A DNA stretch of 64,000 nucleotides, from the NCBI GenBank assembly GCA_965113315.1, contig OZ220367.1. The stretch is one strand, 5' to 3'. This document shows positions 37,477 through 50,700 of this stretch, piece after piece. The notes under the pieces were generated by a model, which had not been told where the DNA came from, ran no database searches, and saw only the letters and a list, made by a program, of their open reading frames with translations. Numbering within the stretch: position 1 is the first letter of the stretch; the number at the start of each line of letters is the position of its first letter. This stretch comes from Podarcis vaucheri (lineage: Eukaryota). The translations under genes were made by a program, and so were the position numbers.

Positions 37477-40400
37477 CTTTAAGAAGAAGAAAAATTAAAA
37501 CAGAGTAAACAGTGCTTACATCAAAACTCTTGTGCTTTCTATTTCTATTTAGGAAGACAGGAAGCAGCCTTATATTGAGTCACACCATTGGCCCACTGAG
37601 CTCATTACACCAGCCTTTGCCCAATGTACAGCACATACTCCAAGCTGGAGAAGCCTGGTCTCCACTGATGGACAACAACTTTCCATAGAATTGAAGATGT
37701 GTTTTCCAGTCCTACTTGGAGATGTTTACTGTATCTTATGTGGAAAACTCTCAATAAAAATTTTTAAATAATATATTTTTAAAAAACCCAGTTGGCTCTC
37801 CCTCCATAAAGGTGTTCTAATCACTGTATCTCTAGCTGCAGGTCTCACTCAATATGTCAAAGTACTTAAAGCACTCAGGCGTTTGATATGTTCTATGTAG
37901 TATCCTTTGCTGGATTAGTCTTGATCAAGTATCTAATGAAGCAGATATAAATGTCTGTAAATCTGCCTTCCAATCCAGAAGCTGCAATCTGAGTCTAAAT
38001 TTTATGTTCCACTTACTTCTGATAGAGTCTAAATTAGGTGTTTATATTCCTCAGCATACCAAATGCTAACATTTATGAAGACTTCTTGTGAAAACCACAG
38101 CGCAGGCCTCCTGCAACACATCAAGTGGGTCTACCACAGTGAGCACACATCTGGACCAGATTTTGCCTCAAGATTTTGCTATGCTGCCTCAGGGGCAGGA
38201 ATTGAATTCCTCCCAAAAGGCTACAATGCTACAAATGCTTTAAATGTATTGCTTTCACTCAGAATTTATGGGAGATTTACAATAACTTTATCTAAACATC
38301 CACAGGAATGGTTTGCTTGCTAATTATACATGAAATGCCCCAAATGATTAAACGGGCATGAGCATAAGAGTCAAAATGAAGTTGGACCACAATCAACATC
38401 TAGGCTTGTACAGCAGCTTTTGTATGAGCATATTGTGCAGGGCACCTTAAATGCTTAGAGCCTAGAGCTACTTAGCAGGGATACTAAAAATAGAGACTAG
38501 GTAGATAAAACATAGGTATTGCCCTTATGACCCAACTATGATATATTAGAACAAAAGAGACAAAAGATGTGATACTTTTATCAGAATTTGGAATCCTCTT
38601 ATTTAATAGTGTTTGAAAATAAATTCAGTGCTCTTTATTCAAAGTTTTGATTTAAATTATAGGTAACTGCAACTATAAAACCACAATTAAACAGTACATT
38701 TTTTACATTTAATATGTTTACATTTAATATATCTTTTAAATGTATGCATTGATAGAAAACTAATAAACTTCCCTTCCATTCATATATGAAAAACAATACA
38801 GACCATTCTTTATTTGCTTCCTGAAATACAATACACTCTAAAGAATTCTTTGTATTTGTCTTGACCTTGTCACTCAATAATCCCAGCCTTCAGAAATTTG
38901 TCTAGCTGAAGAGCAGTATGAACTACGCAAACAATTATGCTAGTACAGAAGTGCCAGCAAATACCTTTTCCCCCAACTGTTATAAAACACAGAGAAGCCT
39001 GTAGGTATAACACAGCAAACGTAAGAAACCTAACCCCTCCCTTTTTATGCTGGTCTACGACCGCAATAAAGTGTTATTGTTGTAACCAAGTATTTGCCTA
39101 TATAATCGACTTTTAGCCAGATTTTTGAATAGTGCTTCAGATAAGCACCATTATATATCGAGGAGGAAATGGGATGGGATGGCACAGAGAAGCCATGTCC
39201 CTCCAGGGCATCAGCTGGCCACCTACTTATAGTGGCTGTGCATTCGGCCTCTGCGTGAAAGGAACCCTACACATGCACAATGTTGTCACAGAGCTCCCCC
39301 CCTTCATAGACAAAGGCCATGGGAGAGGGGAATGGCTAGTGGGAGCACGAAGAATGGCTTATGAGCACAATTTCACTATTCCTCATATGTTCACCCACTG
39401 CACAAGGTCACCCATCTAAATATCCCTATTATTCTTTTCAGAGTGGATTAAAATACCATAATACCACTGCTGAGCAAAAAAATGGGAGAGAGGATTTTCA
39501 GTTCCTCAACACAAACCTCTAAGCTGTTCCAACTGTCTTACAATCCACCTTAGTGCAAATCCCAGAGGATTCAAAAATACTCCACACGCCAAGACAACCG
39601 ACAGCAAGTAGCACCATCGCTATTTTCCCAGTACAATGATTTTTGCATCACAATGCAATTGTTTCATATCAATGGGTGTAGCTGAGCCTCTCTCTATCTG
39701 CTGTTAAGACAAGACCTCGCACAGGCTGGGCAGAACCTGTGCACCCTTAAAATGCTTCTGTCAACTTGAGTAGAGGTTAAACTACAGGGAGCCAACTGAG
39801 CGGCATATGCAATCTGAAGGCAGTGGGATCTGGAGGACAGAGAATGGACTATGCTGCCATGGGAAATGAGGTAATAGGATCACACGATGAATAGGATCAG
39901 CCCTGCAAGCTGTTTTGGTTATTTATTTAATGTAATTTTTTCTTAACCACCCTTCATCAGAGGATTATACTGCAGTGCACACAGCGTTCAAAACTCCCAT
40001 TGTTCTAGGCACGTTTTGCAACAGGGAATTTCATAAACGCGAGCAGTTTCTGAGCTCTGGGCGCAGTACTGCGCCTAAGTTTTCAGATTAAAATTGCCAC
40101 TGTGACTCAGAAGTAAATCCCAACCAAGTTCAATGGGACTTCCTCCCAAGTAAAACGTGCATGGATTGGAAACCTGAACACTTTCTTTTCTTTTAAACCC
40201 AACATGCTTTGTTTAGGTTTTAGTTGCCTTGTTTAATGTACTTTTAATGTATGGTGTGCTTTTAATTTGAAATATACTAGCCAGTTAGTTATGATGGTGT
40301 AAGTAGTGCATGTTAAAGTGTTATCTACCTCAGTCACATAGTGATACTTAAAATCGAAACAAAATTTGGAGTGGGATCATTGAAAGGCCCTTAAGTCTTA

Positions 40401-40498
40401 AGTTTACGAACTGGACACTCAAGGTGGGTGTCTCTGCCATTAGTTGCACAGGCCTTTAATTTGTGTTAATTGTGGTGCCAAAAAGATATGTTTATACG

Positions 40499-40642
40499 CA
40501 GTGCTTTTTTCTGGGGAGGACATGGGGAATGCATACCCTTAACATTTTATGAATCTAAGTTTGGCCTCATTGAGGGGCAGTATTTCAATATGAGTGGGAA
40601 AATGAGAGTACCCCTAAACATTTTTAAGGGGAAAAAGCACTG
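40499..40642. mobile_element. hAT MITE, 144 bp
   Basis: TIR CAGTGCTTTTT; TSD TTTATA[C/T]G. Confidence 0.78.
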
Positions 40643-43600
40643 TTTATATGAAGGAAAGGGGGTGTGGGGAGAATTGAGGGTTTCTCTGCAGAGTGGAAGG
40701 AAAGGAGGGTCTTTTTCTGCCTCCCCACTTCCAGCCACTCTCTGAAGGCTGCAGAAGGGACCCCCTTAAGAATATGGCGGGGGGGGGGGCAGAGGAAGCA
40801 TAACATTGTTTTTTGAAGTCTTCAGATGAGGACTAGACCATGTGAAAAATGAACATAGTATTTTAGCTGCAGTTCATTCATTTTCAGCTTTGTATTCTTG
40901 TTATTAAAAAGGGTGCCTAGACATTCCATTGTTGCACCCATATCCTAGGTTTAAGGTGCCATTTAGCTCCTAGCTTTCATATCTCAGTTTCTAAACCTGA
41001 GTGCACAGTATGAAAAAAAATATTCACACAACATATGAATACAATTAGTAAAGTGCAGAGGATTCCCCTGCCATAAGGATGGACATTAATAGTTCAAATA
41101 GTTTTAAAATATTGACATTATAGAAACAAAAGATAAAAAATATATATGATATACACACCCTGAATAAATTTGCTACCTGTTACTGCTAAATTTCATTTTT
41201 AAAAAGCATAACAAATGTTATTACCTATTTATTCAGTCATTCTCCAAGAAGTTCAGAACAACACACATAGCTGTCTGAGTGATTTTATACTAGCAGTATG
41301 GTGAGAATGAGAACATGACTGCCCCAACATTACCTAATGAGTTTATTGTCAAACAAGGATTCGAATTTGGGTCTCCTAGACTTGGTTCATTCAACCATAC
41401 CAGGGAATGAAAAGCAGCTCCCACAACAACATCTGGAGGGCCACAGATTATCCACCCATGAACACATCTTTGCCACTGATAATGTAACGGGGATGGGGAG
41501 GAGATGGAACAAGGCAATCGATTACTCAACTTCCAACAACTGGGTGAGATGGGAATCAGACAAAGCAACCTAACATTTGGATGGAGTGGTGCCACTCCAG
41601 AGCAGAACTACACAGCTGATGGGATATAGGCAGCACTAATTTAATTGTATTTCATTATTTTATATGTAAGCTGTCTTACAGAGCTTACATATAAAGACAT
41701 GCTTGATCAAATAAATGTAGATTCAGCATTCTACCAATAAACCTGCACCAAAAGACCCCCTCATGAAGCAAAATATCTGATAATAAAACTGAATTTCCTT
41801 TAATTTTTTTTACATAAAAAAATCCAAAAAATGGCATCACAAATATTGCCATTATCAAAGATAAAGTAAAACCTATACATAAAATAAGCAAGAAAGGGAA
41901 ATCTACAAAGACAATAAAATCAGTGTTATATATGTAAGTAAATAAAATTACAGACCAAGTATGACTAATGCTCCAAGAATTCATGCGACTTCTATTAAGA
42001 AGAGAGATTGCTGGGTACCAGCTTGAGGGAGGGAAATGACCTACAATGTTTTGCTTCCCTCCACACAACTGGTTTGTCCGAAGGGAACGGTATTGTATTC
42101 CTTTCAATGCTTTCTTCAAACCACTAGGCCTGATTGTCCACCACCATTTTCTTAATTTCTGCTCCAGCTAGACAGATCAAACTAAGTTTCTAGACATATG
42201 TAACATTTTTAAATTTCAATATATCATTACTACTAAACCTTTTACATTTTATACACTGTTGAGCACTTCACTTGTTTCACACAATACTCTTGAGATTCTG
42301 GAACATACTGCACCATGTCATCAACTGAGATCACTATAGGAACCTAAGGAGCATTGACGAACGTACTAGAACTGTATTAGTCAAGTAACTGACAACACAG
42401 ATGAAAAACCAGGAAAGACGTAAAATGAACTGAGTTCCTTTATGTGTGGACTGTTCAAAGAAAATGCCCAAAGAGGAGATGTTTCAACTGCTGCTTGCTG
42501 GATGGACCATGAAAAGGATATTGCTTTGCTTTCTGCCTACTTACTCCTCCTTGCCCTTTTCTACCTAACCGTAAAGTATAATTAACAAGAATTACCTATT
42601 ATTTGAATGCTTTATCATGTTTGTTGCCTTATTTTAATGCTGGAAACCATGTTGTGATTTCATTTTATTTGCAAAACTACGCATCAGTGGAAATATGTGT
42701 GTGTGTGTACACTCATATATACACTCAGCAATCCCACTGTGTTTTGTTTTTACTTCTGAATAGTTTTGTATAATATAGCACAGTACTGTAAATAAATAAA
42801 TGGCGGTATTCATCAATAGAAAATCTGAACGATATAAACAGCAATTCTAACAGTAACCAATGATAACCACCAAGTAAGCAGGTCTGAATAGTTCAGAGTT
42901 CATTTCCTTAAATGTAAACAGCAGCTTAAACCAGGGCAGTCCAACAAACTGTCCAAGGGCTGCATGCAGCTTTCAGCAACATTTGGCACATGCCCCACAG
43001 CCCTCGTGCTGCCTTCCCAAAGCCAGGTAAGCAAGGCGCTGGGCTTTGGGAAGAAGGTGAGAGGACTCTAGGACACTGTTAGAGCCCTCTCACCTCCTTC
43101 CCAAGCCTAACTAGCAGTTTCCCAGCTTTGGGAATAAGTTGGAAAAGCTCTAGAACACGTTTCCTTCCAAAGATCCCACACCTTGCTTAGCTGGCTTTGG
43201 GAAAGCACCATGAGGGCTTGCAGGGAGGTTATCAAATTTTGGCCTCAGTCCCTGTCCCCCCCTTTGCATATGACAAGGCCCATGGGTTCTATGTTGAAGT
43301 ACTCTTGCAGCCAACTTGGCTTAAAAAGTTGGGTCACCATTAAACTGTTCTCACTAATCCAACACTGCAATAACTGAAAAAAGTGTATTAATTCTGATGT
43401 TTAATTCATTAGCTGGAATAGACAACTAAAATCCTTAATAAAAGGGGTATTTTAGAAAAGTCTTATACAAACAAATAAGTATACCTGGTTTTAAATTGAC
43501 TTCACTCAACATTCATAACCCCACTACGAAATAAAAACACATGTCCTCTGAAGCTATAACACAATGGCCAATATCTTTAAAATGAACTGTAGTTCTTCAA

Positions 43601-45181
43601 TTTCCCTTCTGTTCCTAATGGACATGGATTTTAAAAAGTTTGTAAAGCTCAAGCAGGAGATCATGTTGATTCAGCTATATGCTTTAAAAAAGAGGAAAGG
43701 CACAGAAGAAAGGGAAAGCATACAGAAGATGTTATCAATACATGAGAAGTTCAAAGAGAAAAATGAGGCTTGTTTTTTTCCAGTCAATTGTGCAATTTTT
43801 ACGACACATACCTAAGAGATGAGAGGCCTTTCTATTTTTCATTTTCTATCACTAATCATGAGAGAATTATTTCCATCCCAACTATAAGACTCCTATATAC
43901 AATATACAATTTGATTCACTCACCTTATGACTATACTATGACTCAAGCCAACATACTTTTGACATCACTATTAACTATAGTGTACTAGGAAGAGCTACAC
44001 CTTTTATTAATAGCTCTCTTCCATTAAAATGTTTGTACCTTGTTATCAAGATCCTCCGTTTAGGGTTTAAGACAAAGGCCGTGCCAATGAATCATTTGCC
44101 TCTTTTCTGCATCAGTTTAGTTCTAATGAGCTTTTCCCAGATAGCCCTTGGCCTCCCTTTCTGTATATCAACACAAGAGACATGCTCTTGGAAGTAAAAT
44201 TACTCTTGGAAGTAATTTCCCCCCTATAATTTATATTTATTCTCATTCTAGTCTGCCCCTGCCTCTATGGAACCCTCAAGATTATTCCAAGCATTAGCTG
44301 GTCAAAAATAAAGTCTTTGGAAACAAGGTGCTCATTGAGCAGGTGGTTACACTTGGATTTTGGAATTTTCCATAATCTGATTTCCAGCTGTATTGTTACT
44401 GATACAGTATTCATCATCCTGGTGTAGGCAAATAAAAGTCCTATTAATGCTTCTGGACCTCCTGGTAGTTTTTGGCAACTATCAAACTGGTAACCTGCTC
44501 AATGTTTAAAGTGAGGAGTAGGGGTATTACATCTACATCAGCAATGGGGACGCTGTAATCCTCCATAAATTGTAGGATTTAACTCCTAGCAAACGTGTCC
44601 TGTGGTAAGGAACATCAGGAACCGTGGTCCAACATCTGGATGGCCATATGTTCCTCCTAATCGTAATGAAAGCACTGAAAGTCATCTAGGGATTTGGGGG
44701 CCAGGCTCATCAGTGCTCTAATGACACCATATCCACCTCTTTGTTTCATCAAATTCAGATGATGCTGTGAAAATTTGAAATGGATATTCAAACCTCGGTT
44801 GTCGAACGTAAGCCTTTTTGGTTTCTGAAATGTTCAACAACCAAGGCGCAGCTTCCAATTGGTTGCAAGAACTTCCTGCACTCAAGTGGAAGCCATGTCA
44901 GATGTTTCGTGTGTGTGGTGTGTTTTTTTTTTAAGATAACCTAGCAAGATAAATACCACGAATAGCAAAGACAAGGCTGCATGGGTGAAGCCTCTCGCCA
45001 CATCACATACACACACAAAATGAAGATTAAGTTTCTCTCCATATATGTGTGTGTGTGTGTGTATCTATGGGGGTGTTTATATGTATGTGTGTATGTATCG
45101 TGGGGGTGGGGTGTATATACATATGTATATATTCTTATGTGTGTGTATACAGTGTATATGTGTGTGTGTGTATATATAAAT

Positions 45182-45501
45182 AAAGGTAAAGGGACCCCTG
45201 ACCATTAGGGTCCAGTCGTGACCAACTCTGGGGCTGCGGCGCTCATCTCGCTTTATTGGCCGAGGGAGCCGGCGTACAGCTTCCGGGTCATGTGGCCAGC
45301 ATGACTAAGCCGCTTCTGGCAAACCAGAACAGCGCACGGAAACGCCGTTTACCTTCCCACCGGAGCGGTACCTATTTATCTACTTGCACTTTGACATGCT
45401 TTTGAACTGCTAGGTTGGCAGGAGCTGGGACCGAGCAGCGGGAGCTCACCCCGTCGCGGGGATTCAAACAGCCGACCTTCTGATTGGCAAGTCCTAGGCT
45501 C
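45182..45501 (-). mobile_element. Sauria SINE (5' end lost in assembly gap)
   Basis: AAAGGTAAAGGGACCCC tail and body, ends at the N run. Confidence 0.88.
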
Positions 45502-45782
45502 NNNNNNNNNNNNNNNNNNNNNNNNNNNNNNNNNNNNNNNNNNNNNNNNNNNNNNNNNNNNNNNNNNNNNNNNNNNNNNNNNNNNNNNNNNNNNNNNNNN
45601 NNNNNNNNNNNNNNNNNNNNNNNNNNNNNNNNNNNNNNNNNNNNNNNNNNNNNNNNNNNNNNNNNNNNNNNNNNNNNNNNNNNNNNNNNNNNNNNNNNNN
45701 NNNNNNNNNNNNNNNNNNNNNNNNNNNNNNNNNNNNNNNNNNNNNNNNNNNNNNNNNNNNNNNNNNNNNNNNNNNNNNNNNN
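45502..45782. other. Assembly gap (281 N)
   Basis: Run of N. Confidence 1.
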
Positions 45783-45829
45783 ACACATGAATATGTAAAT
45801 ACATATACACACCCACACCCACGATAACA

Positions 45830-46780
45830 AGAGGCGCGTCTCTCCTTCTCTGGCCCCCCTTTCCCCCGCTCCTCTCGGGAGCGCCTCGGAGGCCCCCGGC
45901 CGCGTTGGTGCGAAATGCCGGGAGGCGTCTCCCCCCGCCAGGCAGGGAACGGAGGCCTGGGAGGAAGCGGGGCCTCCCGGAGGGGCCTCGCCGGGGAGAG
46001 CGGCCCACCCACCTTGAGCGTGGGGTACTCCTGCACCTTCAGAGTCATCGAGAGCTGAGCGGCCGACTCCTGCACCGCCATCTTGGACCGAGCACCAAAC
46101 GCCGCCGCCGCCGCCTCCGCCCGCCCGCGCTGCTCCTTCTCCTCACAGAATCCTGAGGGAGCCTTCGGTACCCCCTCGCGAACTGCACCCTGGGAGAGAA
46201 AGCGCTTCCGCCTCCCCCCCCCGCCGGCCTTCGGATGACAGACGAGTCCACCCCAAGGGCCCTCGCTCGCTTCCTTCCTTCCTTCCTTCCGCTCCCCCCC
46301 CTTTCCCCCCCCTCAAATGGTTCGTGCCATTAGCGCGACGGGCTGACGCAGGGAAGCAAGGCAGCCAATCAGAGCGCTCCTCTGACACCCGTTCTTCTCT
46401 TCTCTTGTCCGTCTCTCTCTGTTTGCGATGTTTTTCGCTTTCCGAGCAGGAATCTGTAAAAGCAGGTTGGGTTGGGGAGGAAGTGACGCGATGGGAGGGG
46501 CTTGACGAATCGAGGCGAGGCTTCGGGTTCGCCCTGATTGACACCTTCCGGCCGCCGCGGGCCGTCGGCCAATCCAAGCCGAGGGTGGGCGGGACTCGCT
46601 GGACGCGGAGTCTGAGGCGGCGCTTTCGAGTTCAGTTTGGCGGCGGCCGCTCAGCGCGAGGGAGCGAGCGAGGTGGCTGACCCGACGGTCTCCTTCGTCG
46701 AGCAGTGAGGACAGCGGGCCTGGTTTGTTTCACAGTTGTTTCTGCCGGTTGGAGCGACGGGAGTGTTTCTAAGCGTGTAC
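45830..46780. promoter_or_regulatory. MAEA CpG-island promoter (possibly bidirectional)
   Basis: Very high GC/CpG; YY1-type CAAGATGGCGG over the ATG; CCAAT boxes (about 46365, 46569); GGAAGTGACG ETS-CRE composite (46479-46488); GC box. Confidence 0.85.
46013..46081 (-). CDS. MAEA: MAEA coding exon 1 (E3 ubiquitin-protein transferase MAEA, CTLH complex)
   Basis: ATG at 46081; MAVQESAAQLSMTLKVQEYPTLK matches the vertebrate MAEA N-terminus; donor AAG|GTGGGT; 69 nt. Confidence 0.97.
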
Positions 46781-46892
46781 AGAATTGTTTTCTTTTTAGG
46801 CTGGGGGGGGAGGGAGAGTTTTTGTGTGTGTTTAATGGCCTCATAGCAAAGTTGGATTTATTAAACTGACATACTGCTTTCTCATAGTGATT

Positions 46893-46894
<2 letters not shown>

Positions 46895-46927
<33 letters not shown>
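46895..46927. repeat. (GT)n microsatellite
   Basis: Seen directly. Confidence 0.95.
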
Positions 46928-46932
<5 letters not shown>

Positions 46933-47755
46933 GAAGTCAAATGTTTTATACGGAGGTTTTTTTTAAAAAATATTTTATTAAAACCTTGTCATAGTACAAT
47001 AAGATGAAACAAATCTAAATGAAATGAAATGAAAACACAGTGAAAGAAGAAACAGCGAAGGGAAGAAAAGAAAAGGGAAAAAAGAGGAAAAATAAAAAGG
47101 ACTTCTGATTTTCAGTCTGTTGGTTACATAAATGAAATTGTTCCAAATACTCACTCTAGAATGATGCCCAACAGATCTACTTTCTGTTAGGCAATATTTG
47201 CCCAGTCTTCCAACCCAAATGACTCACATTAATTCATTTTTCTTTTTACACAAAAAAATCCAAAAGGGGGTTCTCTAATTATCGTTATTAATACATTTCA
47301 ACAGTAGTTTTTTCTGTAATCAAAATTAATTAATTTGTATACTGCCCTATACCTGTAGTTTTCAGCGTGGTTGCAACATAAAATCACAATATAAAAACAC
47401 AAAACACATAATATCAAGTCCACTGTGAGTGTATATTAAAATAAGATCCCATAATTCTATTATTATTTATTCATTAATTTGAATCCAGTGCCTTATCTTC
47501 AATTCCCATTTCCTGTTGCATTTGTTGTACTTTTCCGTCCTGTTTTTTTAAATCCCTTCCATTTATGTTTCTTCCATTTCCTATCCCCTAAAAAGTGCCA
47601 GAGGTTTGATAGCTTTTTCCTCTGAATTCACTCCAAGTCGTGCACAGAGTCCTTTTTCACTCAACTCTATCTCTGCCAGATCAGTATATCTCTTCCGCTC
47701 TCCATCCATGGTTTCTTTCCACCTCTGCAACACCACAACTCTCATTTCTCTAAGC

Positions 47756-50700
47756 CAGTGTTTTTCAACCGCTCTTACGCGGCACACTAGTGTGCCGCGA
47801 GATGTTGCCTGGTGTGCCGTGGGAGGGAGGCGGGCGAGTTGGGCGGCGAGAGGCGGGGCAGCGGTGGCGAGGAGAGGCCGCCCAGCGCGGGGCTCTCGCC
47901 GTCTGGCTGCCTGCGTGGCGCTGACGTCACGGGGCTGTAACGTGCCCCACATAGCGAGCTCCCTCCCACATCCCATCGCCGCTCTGCCGCACGCTAGCTC
48001 GTTTCGGCTGGCCTACTGGGCTGTCGCAGGCGGAAGGCCTGCGCATGCGCGAGGTTTTCGCGCCTTCGGGATTCCCTTCACGCCTTCCTCCTCCCGGGGC
48101 CTTGAGAGCGCGGGAAGCGGCAGCGCGAGACCGGCCGTTGAGCCTGGCAGGTATTGCGCTTGCCAAGGCAGTCATGCAGATCATCCTTTATTATCCTTTT
48201 TAAAAGTTGCATGTGGGATTGTGGCATTGTGCAAAATGCATGAATAAATCTTTCATGGAAATGGGCAGTGACACAAATCCGTAGTCATCCAGGAGGTTCT
48301 GTAAAGCAGGCAGCAGTTGGGCTTGTTTGGGCGGACAGTCTCTTCCCATACTATGAAAGAAAATGGATAGTCAGCACAAGGAAAGCCAAGGCCAGGTGAA
48401 ATAAGGATCACCTGGGAAATACAGAGAACTGGACTATCAGGAAATTATTGAAATCCTAATTACAAAGAGTTTGAACAGTGTCCCACATAACCTTTGTGGA
48501 GCTTTAAATAGATTTTATTTTATTTATTGCAATGCATTGCATTGCAAACCACTCTGTGGGGATTTCTTTATCCCGAAAGGCAGCCTAGATACTTTAATAA
48601 ATAATAAATCAATTCATTATAAATGAAATTGAATTTAGATTCACAGTATAAGCACAATTTAAATCAGACTCATGCCAGCTACATTACTGCCCTGGAGATG
48701 TTTGGGTTGAAAGGCAGAATACTAATTCAATTAACAACGCCAACAACCACCTTTTTACAGGCATATGTCAAGGGCTCAGCACCTCCTTTTAAGTATTTGA
48801 ATCCGTTACGTTTACATGGATATTTCCCCAGCTTCTAATAGCATTTGCTCTCTTCTCTCATAGGATTTTCATACGTTTCTGGTGCTCTGTTATAGATTAT
48901 TTTTAGAAACTGCTTGTATTTTTTTAAAAAAGCACAATATATACAACAATGTACAATTTAATAACACATAAATTAAACTAAGTCATTATTATATTGTAAA
49001 TTAATCTGAAATAATCTTAATTCCTCCAGCATCATGTCTCTGTATATTAAATTTAGGATCAATGTTGTATTCTAGATTTAAAATGATGATTCAGTACATA
49101 AATACAGAGGCAAAATTCAGAGCTTACTAGCAACCACCTTTTTAGGTTTTCTGTAAACTGGGGAAGACATCCATGTTGGAAGTTCAATTCCTTGCTTAGC
49201 CATGAAGCTCAATGGAAATTGCCTTGCTCTTGCCCTCTCTAATCCAGTGTTTTTCAACCGCTGTTCCGCGGCACACTAGGCCCTCGGGGACCTCGTGGCT
49301 TCCGCTTTTGCGTGTGCTGCCGTCACTCTTCCTGCCATTCCCATGTATAATTCGTGCCCGTAATACAGGCAGTAAAAACTGTTCTGTATAACGACTACCC
49401 CGCCTCTTCCCCCCCCATCTAAACCCATTTTTTTTTCCTTTGCAGAAATGAGCCGTTGCATTGAGCTCACACAGTATGCATGTTTTTGCCTGGCTGTGAT
49501 TGGTCCGGACTCCAGCCTGGACCTATCACAGTAGGACATCATCTTCCGACTTCCTTCCCGCCCGAGCACAGAGACCAGGACTCAGCGGGAGTCGGCACTG
49601 CAGAGAGGCCGGATACTGCAGTGATGGACAAGTTTTTGAAAAGAAAAGAACTGGACTCTGAACAAAATTTGGAGCCAGATGAGAGCCCAAGAATGAGTGG
49701 GGATGAAAAGAAAGCAAAGATGGTTAGCTCAAGCAAATTCTCGGGCACAAGGCAATATAGCGAAAGCTATATTTCATTTGGATTTACTTTCACGGGAGAT
49801 GCAAACCAACCAACTCCACTGTGCATGGTGTGTGGTGAAAAGCTAGCTAACAACAGTGCTATGGTCCCAAGCAAACTTAAACGTCATCTCCAAACGAAAC
49901 ACCCTTCGCTTCAAAACAAGAATGCGGACTATTTTGTTCGCCTGCGTGAAAACACGGAGAAACAGGCAACTTTCATGAGAAAAACCACAAAGGTAAATGA
50001 AAGAGCTCTTAAAGCTAGCTATCACGTTGCTGAACTTATAGCCAAGTCAAAAAAGTCGCACACTGTGGCAGAGACATTAATACTTCCCGCCTGCAAAGCT
50101 ATTGTAGAGGAGATGCTCGGACCTGAAGCAGCTAAGGAAATAGCCAAAGTCCCTCTCTCAGACAACACAATTTCCAGACGTATTAATGACATGTCTGCAG
50201 ACATTGAAAGTGTGGTTTTGGAAAAGATCCATATCAGTGAGAAATTTGCATTACAACTTGACGAGTCTACTGATATCAGTGGACATGCTCAACTCTTGGC
50301 CAATGTGCGTTTTGTTGATGGTGATGCAATTAGAGAAAACTTCTTTTTCTGCAAGGCATTGCCAGAAAAAACAACAGGAGAAGAAATTTTTCGGGTCACA
50401 TCAGAATACCTTGAACAAGGAGGACTTAAGTGGGAAAACTGCACAAGTGTCTGCACCGATGGAGCTGCAGCCATGGTCGGGCACACCAAAGGCTTTGTAA
50501 GCAGAGTGAAGGAAAGAAATCCAGATGTGATTGTTACGCATTGTTTTTTACACCGTGAGGCCCTCGTAGCCAAGACTTTACCAGCAGACCTAGTTCATGT
50601 GTTGGATGATGTTGTGCGCATGGTAAACTTTGTAAAGTCACGACCCGTGAAAAGTCGCATATTTGCAGCTTTGTGTGAGGAGATGGGAGCGAAGCATAAA

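Noticed and set aside
47606-48247. 213-aa ORF as a novel gene
   Set aside because: It crosses the transposon boundary and runs through stop-poor GC-rich sequence; no recognisable domain.
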